Assembly: GCA_963702475.1 (NCBI GenBank)
Contig: CAVPCT010000001.1
Coordinates: 96,001 to 160,000 of the forward strand
Reading direction: 5' to 3'
Length of the DNA: 64,000 nucleotides
DNA from: an uncultured Thermoleophilia bacterium
GTDB taxonomy: Bacteria; Actinomycetota; Thermoleophilia; UBA2241
The notes below the pieces were generated by a model. That model had not been told where the DNA came from. It ran no database searches and saw nothing but the letters and a program-made list of their open reading frames with translations. Positions 28,689 through 38,486 of this stretch are shown here, piece by piece; within the stretch, counting starts at the first letter, position 1; the number at the start of each line of letters is the position of its first letter. The position numbers and the translations under genes are program-made.

Positions 28689-28982
28689 TCACGGAAGCCG
28701 GGCGAGCAGCGCGCCCATCTCCTCCATGCCGAAGCCTTTGAGGGTCGTGGTGGTCATGTAGCCGTTCGCCGTCACTCCTGCAGCCCACGTGACGGCGATC
28801 TCATCGCTGGGCGCCTCGCCCACGGTGACCATGTCGTACTCTCCCATGGTGGCGACGACGGCGATGGTCGTGCCGCCCATCGCCTCCCACGCCGCCTTGG
28901 CTTCGTCGACTCGCTTGGGCCAGCCTTTCATGTCGGCCGCCCCTTTGGCCGTGAACTTCAACAGCCCCACGTACAGTGGCAT
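28689..28982 (-). CDS. GYD domain-containing protein
   Basis: MPLY..L.KFT..G, MGEYD, EAPSDE, T.TLKGF. Confidence 0.85.
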   Translation of the reverse strand: MPLYVGLLKFTAKGAADMKGWPKRVDEAKAAWEAMGGTTIAVVATMGEYDMVTVGEAPSDEIAVTWAAGVTANGYMTTTTLKGFGMEEMGALLARLP

Positions 28983-29121
28983 GGTGTCCCCCTTCGTTTT
29001 CGAGCGCGCCTCTCAACCGCCGGCCGCGGTATAGCTGAGTGTGTACCCGCGGCAACGGCGGTATGCACAGGGCTGTACCTACCGGCCGCGCGTTCCGTCC
29101 GCCGGCGTCAGGCAGTCCCCC

Positions 29122-29170
29122 GACGACGAGAGGCCCGGCCCCTCGTCCGGGGGCCGGGCCTCTCGTCGTC
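29122..29170 (-). terminator. 21-bp-stem hairpin at the stop of the 29169-29627 gene
   Basis: GACGACGAGAGGCCCGGCCCC...GGGGCCGGGCCTCTCGTCGTC. Confidence 0.6.
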
Positions 29171-29627
29171 AGCCGCGCGCCGCCTCGATCGCCGCCAGCA
29201 GCGCCTCGGGCTCGTTCGTCCCGATGGTGAATTGCTTGCCGGAGGCGAACCGCAGGCGCACGGCCTTGCGGCCCGAGGCGTTGTAGACCCAGCCGGACGG
29301 CGTGAGCCGGATGCCCCAGCCGGTGAGCCACGACGTCTTCGTGAGGCTCGCCTTCTCGACGGTGCGCAGGTCGAAACGGCGGCGCGCCGCGCCGCACGCG
29401 AAGCCGACGCTGAGCGTGGGCCCTGCGATGCTCACGGTGAGCCGCGAGAACGCCAGCATGAGCGCGGTGAAGGCCAGCATGCCGGGCGCGTACAGCCACA
29501 GCCGCGGCTTTCTCGCGCGCCGGTCGCGCAGAAGGGCGCCTCCCTGTGCCCAGAGACCGAAGGCGAGGCCCACGTACATGGGGTAGCCCAGCTGCGTGTG
29601 CCGGTACGTCTCGACGTCGCTGTTCAT
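29169..29627 (-). CDS. Membrane protein with PH-like C-terminal domain (hypothetical)
   Basis: YRHTQ, two TM helices, GWGIR...GWVYN.SG..AV...GTNEP..L..AI; RBS GGAGG. Confidence 0.75.
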   Translation of the reverse strand: MNSDVETYRHTQLGYPMYVGLAFGLWAQGGALLRDRRARKPRLWLYAPGMLAFTALMLAFSRLTVSIAGPTLSVGFACGAARRRFDLRTVEKASLTKTSWLTGWGIRLTPSGWVYNASGRKAVRLRFASGKQFTIGTNEPEALLAAIEAARG

Positions 29628-30130
29628 CTGCCCGCCTCCGATTTCGTCCGCCCGTCCCTTCGCTTGTGCCCGCGTGAGTCGCCTCGGGGTCGCGGTGCGG
29701 CCGGCCGTTCGTCGATCGGCGCCCAGAACACACCGAGACTCTCCACCGCCTCGATGGACTCCTGGAAGGCGACCGGCTTGACCACGTGCGCGTGCACACC
29801 GAGATCGTAGCTCGTGAGGATGTCCTGCTCCACGCGCGACGACGTGAGGATGACCACCGGGGCCCGTTTCGGGCCGGGGTCGCTGCGGATCTCCCGCAGC
29901 ACCTCGAGGCCGTCCTCGCGCGGCATCTTGATGTCGAGGACCACCACTGCCGGGGCGCGCGAGATGCGAGCGGCGAAGGCCCACTCGCGGCGCAGGTACT
30001 CCATGGCCTCCACGCCGTCCCCGACCGCGGTCACCCGGTCGGCGAGGTCGTGCTGGCTCAGGGCCTCAAGGGTCAGCTCGACGTCGTTGGGGTCGTCCTC
30101 GGCGAGCAGGATGTCGGGGTAGGTTTCCAT
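29624..30130 (-). CDS. Rcp1-like single-domain response regulator (possibly degenerate)
   Basis: ILLAEDDPND, LDIKMP, ILTSS, YDLG...KPV, FW; atypical low-complexity C-terminal tail. Confidence 0.75.
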   Translation of the reverse strand: METYPDILLAEDDPNDVELTLEALSQHDLADRVTAVGDGVEAMEYLRREWAFAARISRAPAVVVLDIKMPREDGLEVLREIRSDPGPKRAPVVILTSSRVEQDILTSYDLGVHAHVVKPVAFQESIEAVESLGVFWAPIDERPAAPRPRGDSRGHKRRDGRTKSEAGR

Positions 30131-30366
30131 CACGCGTGCGTCCCCTTTCTTCGAGGGAGAGAGAAGAAGAAGGTCGCTCCCTCTCCGGTGGCTCCCACGG
30201 CCCAAGCACGGCCTCCGAGCCTTGTGACGATGCGCTGCACGTTGGCGAGCCCGATGCCGGTACCCTCCAACTCCCTGCCGCTCTGCAGGCGCTGGAACAC
30301 GCCGAACAGCTTGTGCGCGCACTGCATGTCGAACCCTACTCCATTGCCGCGCACGGAGAACACGTC
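30130..30366 (-). pseudogene. 3' remnant of a sensor histidine kinase (HATPase_c, Cph1/phytochrome-type)
   Basis: VRGNGVGFD...KLFGVFQRL...[17 protein letters not shown].....[11 protein letters not shown]; no upstream H-box or start; G1-box Asp replaced by Gly. Confidence 0.75.
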
Positions 30367-30559
30367 GGTCTGACGTCCGGGAGCAGGTCGTGGACGCGGA
30401 GCTCGCGCGGCCGCCGGGGAAATCTGCCTGATGCCATGGGCGGATCGTCCCGGGGCAACGGCGGCCGGCGGCGGTCCTGCTGGGAATAACCCGGGTGTGG
30501 ACGAGGCTGCGCGGAGGTCGGACGTTCGCCGGGCCGCGCGGCGCAGGGGGGGGCGGGTC

Positions 30560-31390
30560 ATGTACACGATCGCCGACCGGCAGCAGCTCACCAAGCGCGA
30601 CACCGTGAGCCTCACCATCGAGGCCCCCCAGATCGCACGCAGGATCCGGCCCGGGCAGTTCGTGGTCGTCCGGGTGAACGAGACCGGCGAGCGCGTGCCC
30701 CTCACGGTGGCGCAGAAGGACCCGGCCGCCGGCACCATCACGCTCATCATCCAGGTCGTCGGCAAGAGCACCGCGCTGCTCGCTTCGCTGCGCGCCGGCG
30801 ACGCCGTCAAGGACCTGTGCGGGCCTCTGGGGAAGCCGGCGCCCATCGAGAAGGTCGGCACGGTGGTCGGCATCGGCGGCGGGTCGGGCATCGCCGTGCT
30901 GCACCACCTGCTCGGGGGGCACCGCGAGGCCGGCAACCGCATCGTCGGCGTCATCGGGGCGCGTGACAAGGACCTCCTGATCATGGAGGAGGACATGCGC
31001 TCCCTGTGCGACGAGATGCTCGTGACCACCGACGACGGCAGCTACGGCATGCACGGCAAGGTGACCGAGGCGCTGAAGGCGCTCGTGGAGCGGCAGCAGC
31101 GCATCGATCGGGTGATCGCCATCGGGCCGCTCGTCATGATGCGCGCGGTCGCCGAGATGACGCGCGTGTACGGGTTGCCGACCGAGGTGAGCCTCAACCC
31201 GATCATGGTGGACGGCAGCGGCATGTGCGGGGGCTGCCGCTGCACGGTGGACGGCAAGACGCGCTTCGCCTGCGTGGACGGCCCGCACTTCGACGCCTTC
31301 GGGGTGGACTTCGACGAGCTGATCCAGCGAGGTCGGATGTACGAGCGCGACGAGCGCACCGCCTTGCTGACCTCGGTGCGGGCGGCGTAG
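30560..31390 (+). CDS. nfnA: NfnA/SudB small subunit (sulfide/dihydroorotate dehydrogenase-like FAD/NAD-binding, 2Fe-2S)
   Basis: PGQFV.VR...[33 protein letters not shown]...CVDGP. Confidence 0.88.
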   Translation: MYTIADRQQLTKRDTVSLTIEAPQIARRIRPGQFVVVRVNETGERVPLTVAQKDPAAGTITLIIQVVGKSTALLASLRAGDAVKDLCGPLGKPAPIEKVGTVVGIGGGSGIAVLHHLLGGHREAGNRIVGVIGARDKDLLIMEEDMRSLCDEMLVTTDDGSYGMHGKVTEALKALVERQQRIDRVIAIGPLVMMRAVAEMTRVYGLPTEVSLNPIMVDGSGMCGGCRCTVDGKTRFACVDGPHFDAFGVDFDELIQRGRMYERDERTALLTSVRAA

Positions 31391-31398
31391 GAGGGGCC

Positions 31399-33237
31399 GT
31401 GGGCGCCGACGCGGAGCTGTCGGTGCTGGAGCACGAGGGCGACCTCGCGAGCTTCTGCCCGCGCTGCAGGGCCGGGTTGGACGTCTACGACGGCGCCACC
31501 CGGCGGGTCTGGATCCGCCTGCTGGTGCGCAAGGACGGTCGGGATCACGAGCTGCTGCTGAACCCCCGTCTCGAGGTGTGCGAGCGGGTCTGCTCCGTGG
31601 TCGTGCAGGACGGCGACGTGGCCGAGGACGTGTCGTGCCCGCATTGTGGCTCGTCACTGTTCGAGCCCGGGCGCGTCTGCGATGCCTGCGCCGCGCCGGT
31701 CTTCGGCTTCGAGGTGTCGGTGCGGTCCCGCGTCGCACCGCTGTGGGTCTGCGCCCGCGCGGGCTGCCGGTGGCACGGCGTGTCCACGCAGGCCGCGGCC
31801 AAGATCAGGTCGGTGGCGGCGCGCCAGAGGCTGCCCGAGCAGGACCCGGTGCTGCGCGTGCGCAACTTCTCCGAGGTGAGCTACGGGTTCGACGGCGACC
31901 AGGCCGTGGCCGAGGCCGAGCGCTGCAGGCAGTGCAAGAAGCCTGCCTGCGTCGCCGGCTGCCCGGTCGATGTGGACATTCCCGGCTTCGTCGCGCTCAT
32001 CGCGCGGCGCGAGTTCGCGGCGGCCGCGCGGCTCATCCGGCGGCGCAACGCGCTGCCGGCGGTGTGCGGCCGCGTCTGCCCGCAGGGCGACCAGTGCGAG
32101 AAGGAGTGCCTGCTCGGCCAGACCGGCGAGCCGCTGGCCATCGGCGCCCTCGAACGGTTCGCCGCCGATTTCGAGCGCGAGACCGACCAGGTCGTGCTGC
32201 CACGCCGGGCGGCGCGGACCGGCAAGCGCGTGGCCGTGGTCGGGAGCGGCCCGGCCGGGCTCACGCTGGCCGCCGACCTCGTCGTGCTCGGGCACGGCGT
32301 CACCGTGTTCGAGTCGCTGCACAAGCCCGGTGGGGTGCTGGTGTACGGCATTCCCGAGTTCCGTCTGCCGAAGGCGATCGTCGAAGCCGAGACCGGCAAC
32401 CTGCGGCGTCTCGGCGTCAAGTTCGAGGTCAACAGCATCATCGGCAAACTGTACGATCTGAACGAACTGTTCGCGCTCGGCTTCGACGCGGTCTACGTCG
32501 GCACCGGCGCCGGGCTTCCGGGTTTCATGGGGCTGCCCGGGGAGAACCTCTGCAACGTCGTCTCTGCGAACGAGTACCTCACGCGCATCAACCTCATGAA
32601 GGCGTACCTGTTCCCCGAGTACGACACGCCGGCGCCGAAGGGCTCGCGCGTCGCTGTCGTCGGCGGGGGCAACGTGGCCATGGACTGCGCGCGTACGGCG
32701 CTGCGCATGGGCGCGCTGGAGGCCACCGTCGTGTACCGGCGCACGCGCGCGGAGATGCCGGCGCGCGAGGCGGAGATCGAGCACGCGGAGCAGGAGGGCG
32801 TGCGGTTCCACTACCTGGCGAGCCCGGTACGCTACATCGGCGACCAGCAGCGCTGGGTGCGGCAGATGCAGTGCGTGCGCATGAAGCTGGGCGAGCCCGA
32901 CGGGACAGGGCGGCGCAGCCCGATCCCCATGCTGGACTCCACCTTCCTTCTTGACGTGGACATGGTGGTCGTCGCCGTGGGCGCCGGGCCGAACAGGGCC
33001 CTGTTCGAGGGGGCGCCCGGGCTGGAGCGAAACGAGCGCGGCTACATCCGCACGTTCGCCGCCTCGGGGCGCACGAGCCTGCCGAGCGTGTGGGCCGGGG
33101 GCGATATCGTGACCGGCGCGGCGACGGTGATCCTGGCGATGGGTGCGGCGCGACGCGCGGCCGAGGACATCCACGCGGTGCTCAGCGGCGGGGGCGGGCC
33201 GTGGGCGGCGGCGCCGGCCGTGGCCGGCGCCGCCTGA
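31399..33237 (+). CDS. nfnB: NfnB/SudA (GltD-like) large subunit with an extra N-terminal Cys-rich domain
   Basis: EAERCRQC..P.C..GCP, CGRVCPQ..QCE..C, GSGPAG, YGIPEFRLP, SANEYL.R.NLM, GGGNVA.D, GGDIVTGAATVILAMG; RBS AGGAGG then GTG. Confidence 0.88.
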   Translation: MGADAELSVLEHEGDLASFCPRCRAGLDVYDGATRRVWIRLLVRKDGRDHELLLNPRLEVCERVCSVVVQDGDVAEDVSCPHCGSSLFEPGRVCDACAAPVFGFEVSVRSRVAPLWVCARAGCRWHGVSTQAAAKIRSVAARQRLPEQDPVLRVRNFSEVSYGFDGDQAVAEAERCRQCKKPACVAGCPVDVDIPGFVALIARREFAAAARLIRRRNALPAVCGRVCPQGDQCEKECLLGQTGEPLAIGALERFAADFERETDQVVLPRRAARTGKRVAVVGSGPAGLTLAADLVVLGHGVTVFESLHKPGGVLVYGIPEFRLPKAIVEAETGNLRRLGVKFEVNSIIGKLYDLNELFALGFDAVYVGTGAGLPGFMGLPGENLCNVVSANEYLTRINLMKAYLFPEYDTPAPKGSRVAVVGGGNVAMDCARTALRMGALEATVVYRRTRAEMPAREAEIEHAEQEGVRFHYLASPVRYIGDQQRWVRQMQCVRMKLGEPDGTGRRSPIPMLDSTFLLDVDMVVVAVGAGPNRALFEGAPGLERNERGYIRTFAASGRTSLPSVWAGGDIVTGAATVILAMGAARRAAEDIHAVLSGGGGPWAAAPAVAGAA

Positions 33238-33257
33238 GTCCGAAGCTCCAGTGAAGG

Positions 33258-33830
33258 TCAGGCCGCGTCGACGGCGCGCGCCTTCTCTGCGAGCGACAGG
33301 CGGTGTGCCAGGTCCTCCCAGTAGGCCTGCACGCCCTCTTCGACCTCGTCGTAGTGCACGGACTCGAACTCCTCCGAGAGCTGCTCGCGGTCGCTCGCCG
33401 TCAGGTAGTGCTCGGCCAGGTCGAAGAACTGGGTCTCCTCTACCTCCATGTGGCAGCGCACCACCTCGACGAACTCACGCAGCTCTGCGGCGAACCGCAG
33501 CGAACCGTCGCGGTCGTCGGGCGCGAGGTCATACAGCTCGCGCTGCAGGGCGTCCAGACGGCCGGCCACCCACTCGTGTTCGCCGATCAGCTGTTCGAGC
33601 GGCTCGTCCTGCTCGGTCATGCCTCTCTTGTGGCAGCGCGCGAAGAGCAGGCCGTCCTCTTTGGGGTCATGCAGTCCCTCGGTGAAGTAGCGGAAGAAGC
33701 CGAGGATGGCGTCGACGAGGTCCCCGCGCACGCGCCTCGTCTGCTCGATATGGGCGCACTCGGCCTCCGCGGCCTCCGCCACCTCCAGCATAAGCCGGTG
33801 CTCCGTTTCGAGGATGCTCCTCCAGCTCAT
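33258..33830 (-). CDS. Hemerythrin/HHE domain protein
   Basis: EH, LHDPKED.LLF, EHE, H...EE..FF pattern; RBS GGAGGGAG. Confidence 0.85.
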   Translation of the reverse strand: MSWRSILETEHRLMLEVAEAAEAECAHIEQTRRVRGDLVDAILGFFRYFTEGLHDPKEDGLLFARCHKRGMTEQDEPLEQLIGEHEWVAGRLDALQRELYDLAPDDRDGSLRFAAELREFVEVVRCHMEVEETQFFDLAEHYLTASDREQLSEEFESVHYDEVEEGVQAYWEDLAHRLSLAEKARAVDAA

Positions 33831-34021
33831 GGCTCCCTCCTTCCGTGAGCTCCGGACGCGCCGCGCGTCCCTCACCTCCTTGGTACCCCCGGGAAGGCCG
33901 CGGCCGCCGTTGTGACGGGCACCCACCGCGGCCGCGCCCGGGCCGGCGCCGCGGCCGGGCCGGTATGATGGGCCACGGCGGGCCCGCCGGAGGCCGCCGG
34001 CCGCTGATCGGGGAGGGCGCC

Positions 34022-35530
34022 ATGGGTGGCGACGACCGCAGGGTGATCCTGGCGTTCGACCAGGGGACCACGAGCTCGCGCACCATCGCGTTCGCGCCCG
34101 ACGGCTCCGTGCGCGGCGTCTCGCAGCAGGAGCTGCAGCTCTCGTTCCCGCAGCCGGGCTGGGTGGAGATGGACCCGGAGGAGATCTGGGCGACGCAGCG
34201 CGCCACCGCGGTGGAGGCGCTGCGCAAGGCCGGGACGCAGGCCCCCGACGTGGCCGGCATCGGCATCACCAACCAGCGCGAGACCACGGTCATCTGGGAC
34301 CGCGCGACCTCGAAGCCCATCGCGCCGGCCATCGTGTGGCAGGACAGACGGACGGCCGCGCGCTGCGACGCGCTGCGCGCCGCCGGTCACCTCGACCTGG
34401 TGCGGGGCAAGACGGGCCTGCTGCTGGATCCGTACTTCTCGGCCACCAAGATCGCCTGGCTGCTGGATTCGGTGCCGGGGGCCCGAGAGCGCGCGGAGCG
34501 CGGCGAGCTCGCCTTCGGCACCGTGGACAGCTGGCTGGCCTGGCGCCTCACCGGCGGGCGGCTGCACGTGACGGATGCGACCAACGCGTCGCGGACCCTG
34601 CTCTACGACCTGCACGCCGGCTCATGGGACGCCGAGCTGCTCGAGCTCTTCGGCGTCCCGGCCGCGCTGCTGCCGGAGATCGTCGACACCAGCGGGGTGG
34701 TGGGAGAGTCCGACGCCGACGTGCTCGGCGCGCCGGTACCGCTGGCCGGCATGGTCGGCGACCAGCAGGCCGCCCTCTTCGGCCAGGCCTGCACGGCGCG
34801 AGGCATGACCAAGGTCACGTACGGCACCGGCTGCTTCCTGCTCATGCACACCGGCGACGAGCCGGTGGCCTCGCCGGGCGGCCTGCTGAGCACCGTGGCC
34901 GCCCAGATCGGAGGGCGCCGCACCTACGCGCTGGAGGGCAGCGTGTTCATCGGCGGCGCCGCCGTGCAGTGGCTGCGCGATGGGCTCGGGGTCATCGGCG
35001 ACGCGTCGGAGGCCGACAAGCTCGCCGCCGAGGTGCCCGACAGCGGCGGCGTGTACTTCGTGCCGGCCTTGGCCGGCATGGGCGCGCCCTGGTGGGAGCC
35101 GCGCGCCCGCGGCGCGATCCTGGGGCTCACGCGCGGCTCCACGGCCGCGCACATCGCCCGGGCGACGCTCGAGGGCATCGCCTTCCAGGTCGCGGACCTG
35201 CTCGGCGCCGTGATCGCCGACGCCGACGCCGAGCCGCCCGAGATCCGCGTGGACGGCGGAGCCGCGCGCAGCGATCTGCTGTTGCAGTTCCAGGCCGATG
35301 TGCTCGACGTGCCGGTGGTCCGCGCCGCGCAGACGGAGTCCACCGCTCTGGGCGCGGCTCTGTTGGCCGGCCTGGCCACCGGCGTGTGGGCCGGCCCGGA
35401 CGAGGCCGCGGCCATCTGGGGGGCCGCACGCGCGTTCGCGCCGGACGCGACGGTCGACCGTCGAGCTTTGCTCGACGGCTGGGCGTCCGCCGTCGCCTGC
35501 GTGCGCGAGATGGCGGCCCGCGGCGCTTAG
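34022..35530 (+). CDS. glpK: Glycerol kinase
   Basis: [60 protein letters not shown]. Confidence 0.95.
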   Translation: MGGDDRRVILAFDQGTTSSRTIAFAPDGSVRGVSQQELQLSFPQPGWVEMDPEEIWATQRATAVEALRKAGTQAPDVAGIGITNQRETTVIWDRATSKPIAPAIVWQDRRTAARCDALRAAGHLDLVRGKTGLLLDPYFSATKIAWLLDSVPGARERAERGELAFGTVDSWLAWRLTGGRLHVTDATNASRTLLYDLHAGSWDAELLELFGVPAALLPEIVDTSGVVGESDADVLGAPVPLAGMVGDQQAALFGQACTARGMTKVTYGTGCFLLMHTGDEPVASPGGLLSTVAAQIGGRRTYALEGSVFIGGAAVQWLRDGLGVIGDASEADKLAAEVPDSGGVYFVPALAGMGAPWWEPRARGAILGLTRGSTAAHIARATLEGIAFQVADLLGAVIADADAEPPEIRVDGGAARSDLLLQFQADVLDVPVVRAAQTESTALGAALLAGLATGVWAGPDEAAAIWGAARAFAPDATVDRRALLDGWASAVACVREMAARGA

Positions 35531-35606
35531 GAGGTCGGTCGCGCCGCGGGCCGCACGGTGGGCCGCGCGCTGCCGGATCGTGGCCGGGTCGCGCGTCGGC
35601 CGCCGG

Positions 35607-36083
35607 TCAGTGCCGCACGTGCGCCGGGTGGCGCCGGTGCGGCACGACCAGCACCGGTACGTCGCTGCGGTGGAGCAGCTCGTAGCAGGTCGAGTGCCGG
35701 ATGGCCGCGCTCAGGGGTCCTTCTCCGTGGGATCCGACCACGATGACGTGCGAGTGGCGCGACATGGCGATGCGCGGCAGTGCCGTGGCCGGCTGGTCCC
35801 ACACCATGACGACCTCGCTGTCCACGCCCGCCTCACGGATCCTCTCCTCGGCGGCATCGAGCAGCGGCCGCACGTCCCGGGCGATGTCGTCCTCGTACTC
35901 CTGGAGGACCCGGGCGGCGTCGCAGGAGGGGTCGAGCGCGCAAGCCAGGCCGGGAGGGGGCTCGTGGCAGTAGACGACGACGATGGCGGCGTCGAGCTCG
36001 TCGCGCGCCAGCAGGAGGGCCTCGTCGAGGGCCGCTACGGAGCACTCGGACCCGTCGTACCCAAGGACGATGGGATGGCGCAT
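35607..36083 (-). CDS. Universal stress protein
   Basis: IVLGYDGS..S..AL..A, IVVGSHG, LL..S..PVLVVP. Confidence 0.88.
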   Translation of the reverse strand: MRHPIVLGYDGSECSVAALDEALLLARDELDAAIVVVYCHEPPPGLACALDPSCDAARVLQEYEDDIARDVRPLLDAAEERIREAGVDSEVVMVWDQPATALPRIAMSRHSHVIVVGSHGEGPLSAAIRHSTCYELLHRSDVPVLVVPHRRHPAHVRH

Positions 36084-36163
36084 GACTCCTCCTCTCCGCT
36101 GACCTACCCCAGGTAGATGGTTCCCGGCGCGGAGGGGAAGGCCACCGTTCGGCGGCGGGCGTG

Positions 36164-37090
36164 TCAGCGCTGCATCAGCGCTTTGAGATTCCGGGCGATG
36201 AGGCCTGGGTCGTAGTCAAGGCCGCAGCGGCGCAGCTTGACTCGCGTTGCCGCAGCCAGCTCGTCGGCGGGGGTCGCGGCCAGGATCGCCGCCGCCTCCT
36301 CGTCGTCGAACACCTCGGCGGGGGCCACGCTCAGCTGGACGGTGGCGTTCTCCGGGCACGCCTGCTGGCAGCGGAGGCAGCCCACGGCACACGTGTGCCA
36401 GGCCGGCTCGACCCAGTCGGGGAACGGGTCCCGGTCCTCGTTGACCCAGGTGAGGCAGCGCTCGGTGTCGAGCAGAAAACGGTCGGCGCGTATGGCCGCT
36501 GTGGGACAGGCACGCAGGCAGACGCTGCAGCCTTCGCAGTGGGCCAGCGGCTGCGGCGCCGACCAGACGGCGTCGGCCGGCGGAGGAGCGTCGGTCACGC
36601 ACGCGGCGAGCTGGAGGTAGCTGCCGAGGCCGGGCACGTAGGCGATGTTGTTGCGGCCGTAGCGCGCGAGGCATGTACCCGCGGCGAGCGTCTTGAGCGG
36701 CGGTTCGATGCGGGCGGCGCGGCGCCCGAAGGGCGCGACCGCCGCCCCCACGGCCGCCGCCAGCCCGTCCGGGACGGTGCCGTAGCCGGCGTAGTGCGGC
36801 GGGACGACCACGGTGTGCTCCTCGCCGTTCACCGCGAGCGTAGCCTGCGTCAGCGGACGCGCGACGGCGCCGACCACCACGGTCGCGGCGCCCCCGAAGC
36901 CGTCCGGGGCCGTCGCGACGAGGTCGTCGGCGATGCGTGCGGCCGCCTCGGGCGAGAACCCGCCCTCGGTGACGGCCAGCCGGACCGTCGTTGCAGCTTC
37001 GCCGAGCGCCTCGATACCGACGGCCCGCACCGTCCAGCCGGCCTCGGTACACGCGGCCGTGACGGCCGCCCACAGTGCATCGGTGTCCAT
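36164..37090 (-). CDS. QueG/reductive-dehalogenase-like 2x[4Fe-4S] protein
   Basis: YGRNNI..VPGLGS, CEGCSVCLRACP, RCL, GCLRCQQACP; RBS GGGAGG. Confidence 0.75.
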   Translation of the reverse strand: MDTDALWAAVTAACTEAGWTVRAVGIEALGEAATTVRLAVTEGGFSPEAAARIADDLVATAPDGFGGAATVVVGAVARPLTQATLAVNGEEHTVVVPPHYAGYGTVPDGLAAAVGAAVAPFGRRAARIEPPLKTLAAGTCLARYGRNNIAYVPGLGSYLQLAACVTDAPPPADAVWSAPQPLAHCEGCSVCLRACPTAAIRADRFLLDTERCLTWVNEDRDPFPDWVEPAWHTCAVGCLRCQQACPENATVQLSVAPAEVFDDEEAAAILAATPADELAAATRVKLRRCGLDYDPGLIARNLKALMQR

Positions 37091-37158
37091 GTCCCTCCCG
37101 TCCGGTCTCTCCGCGAGTCTGCGAGAGCGAAGCGGCCACCGCAAGCGTCGCCGCGAGG

Positions 37159-38289
37159 TCAGGCCACGTCGAGGGTGAGCTGGCTGGCGCCGCCGGAGAA
37201 ACGGACCTCGTAGCGGTCGGTCGCCTCGCCGAAGCCGGGCGTGGAGAGGACGTTGCGGCCGCCCACGGCGCCGAGCTTCTGCTCGTCGAAGACGAGCTGG
37301 CTCGCGCCGCCGCTGATGGCGGCGCGCACGGCGGCGCCCGCCGGCCGGTGCACCCTGACGCTGCTGGCACCGCCGGACACGACGACCCCGACCACCCCGA
37401 CAGGCGCGGGCAGCCAGATCTCCACGTCGCTGGCGCCGCCACTCACCGTGAGCGAAGCGAGGCGCAGGGCGCGCAGGTCGGCGGCGAGCTTCCACATGCC
37501 GCCCTTCAGGGCGATGGTCCAGGGGATGCCCGGGTTGAGCGACACGTCGCACGACTGGCCGCGCCAGTCGAAGGGCCGGAAGCGGCGTTTCTGGGCGATC
37601 GTGACGGAGCCGCCGTGGACGCTGACGTCCGGCGGCGGGCCTTCGAAGCGGGCGCGATAGAGCTCGTCTGCGGCGGCGTCGCCGCGGATATCCACCTTGG
37701 CCGCCCCTTTGGTGAAGTCGAGGCGGCCGGCCTGCACGCCGGCGAGAGGCGTCGACGCCTCGGGCGTCTCCCCGCCACCTTCGGCGAAGCCGGCGGCGCC
37801 GGCGGCTGCATCCCCCCCGGCGAGTCCCGTGACGTGGGCCGCCTGGCTCACGTAGACGTCATGCAGGCGGCGCAGGTAGTCGCGGATCACCGTGAGCTCC
37901 TCGGCGCTGTGGCCGGCCACCCCGGCGCTGCTCGCGACCTCCACCTCGCCGTAGAGCCGGCCGCCGACCTCGCGGGCCGCGGCCGTGGACACGACCAGCA
38001 CGCGGCGTCTGTCGGCCGGATCTGCCACGCGGTTGGCAAACCCGGCGCGCTCCATGCGGTCGAGGACCGTGGTGATCGCGCCGGGGGTCAGGCTGCTCTC
38101 CTCGGCCAGCTCGCCGGCCGTGAGCCGGCCGCGCCGGTAGATGATGCCCAGACAGCGCAGATCGGTGCGGTTGAGGCCGACCTGCGCGGCGACCGCCTCG
38201 TCGAGCAGGTCGGCCGCCTGGCGCAGCGCCTCGAACTCCGCGGTGACCTCGCCGATCAGCCTTGTGCGGGCCGAGTCGTCGGTGACCAT
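37159..38289 (-). CDS. MarR wHTH regulator fused to a beta-strand-repeat (DUF4097/adhesin-like) domain
   Basis: GLNRTDLRCL..TAGELA..SLTPGAIT.VLDR.E..G...DRRRV; C-terminus with repeated xGGASx strands. Confidence 0.75.
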   Translation of the reverse strand: MVTDDSARTRLIGEVTAEFEALRQAADLLDEAVAAQVGLNRTDLRCLGIIYRRGRLTAGELAEESSLTPGAITTVLDRMERAGFANRVADPADRRRVLVVSTAAAREVGGRLYGEVEVASSAGVAGHSAEELTVIRDYLRRLHDVYVSQAAHVTGLAGGDAAAGAAGFAEGGGETPEASTPLAGVQAGRLDFTKGAAKVDIRGDAAADELYRARFEGPPPDVSVHGGSVTIAQKRRFRPFDWRGQSCDVSLNPGIPWTIALKGGMWKLAADLRALRLASLTVSGGASDVEIWLPAPVGVVGVVVSGGASSVRVHRPAGAAVRAAISGGASQLVFDEQKLGAVGGRNVLSTPGFGEATDRYEVRFSGGASQLTLDVA

Positions 38290-38387
38290 CGTTCCTCCCG
38301 TCCTAAGGGGCCGCCGGACCGCGCGCCTGTGCGCCGCTCGGGAGCCCCAGTCTCTTCGTCGCTGTGATAGTACCATACACGAATCAT

Positions 38388-38417
38388 TTGACAATCTAAC
38401 GTTATGACTCCTAGAGT
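38388..38417 (+). promoter_or_regulatory. Housekeeping-sigma promoter of the ABC-2 operon in an AT-rich divergent control region
   Basis: TTGACA-N18-TAGAGT; the opposite strand has TGG-TACTAT for marR. Confidence 0.6.
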
Positions 38418-38486
38418 GTCTCCATCGTTGTCGCAGCCGCGGATGGCGGGAACACCCCCGGCTGTGAGAGGCAGGAAGGAAGCGCT

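Noticed and set aside
31399-33237. Glutamate synthase small subunit (gltD)
   Set aside because: No gltB adjacent; pairing with an NfnA/SudB gene and the ANEYLTRINLM and GAATVILAMG motifs indicate Nfn/Sud.
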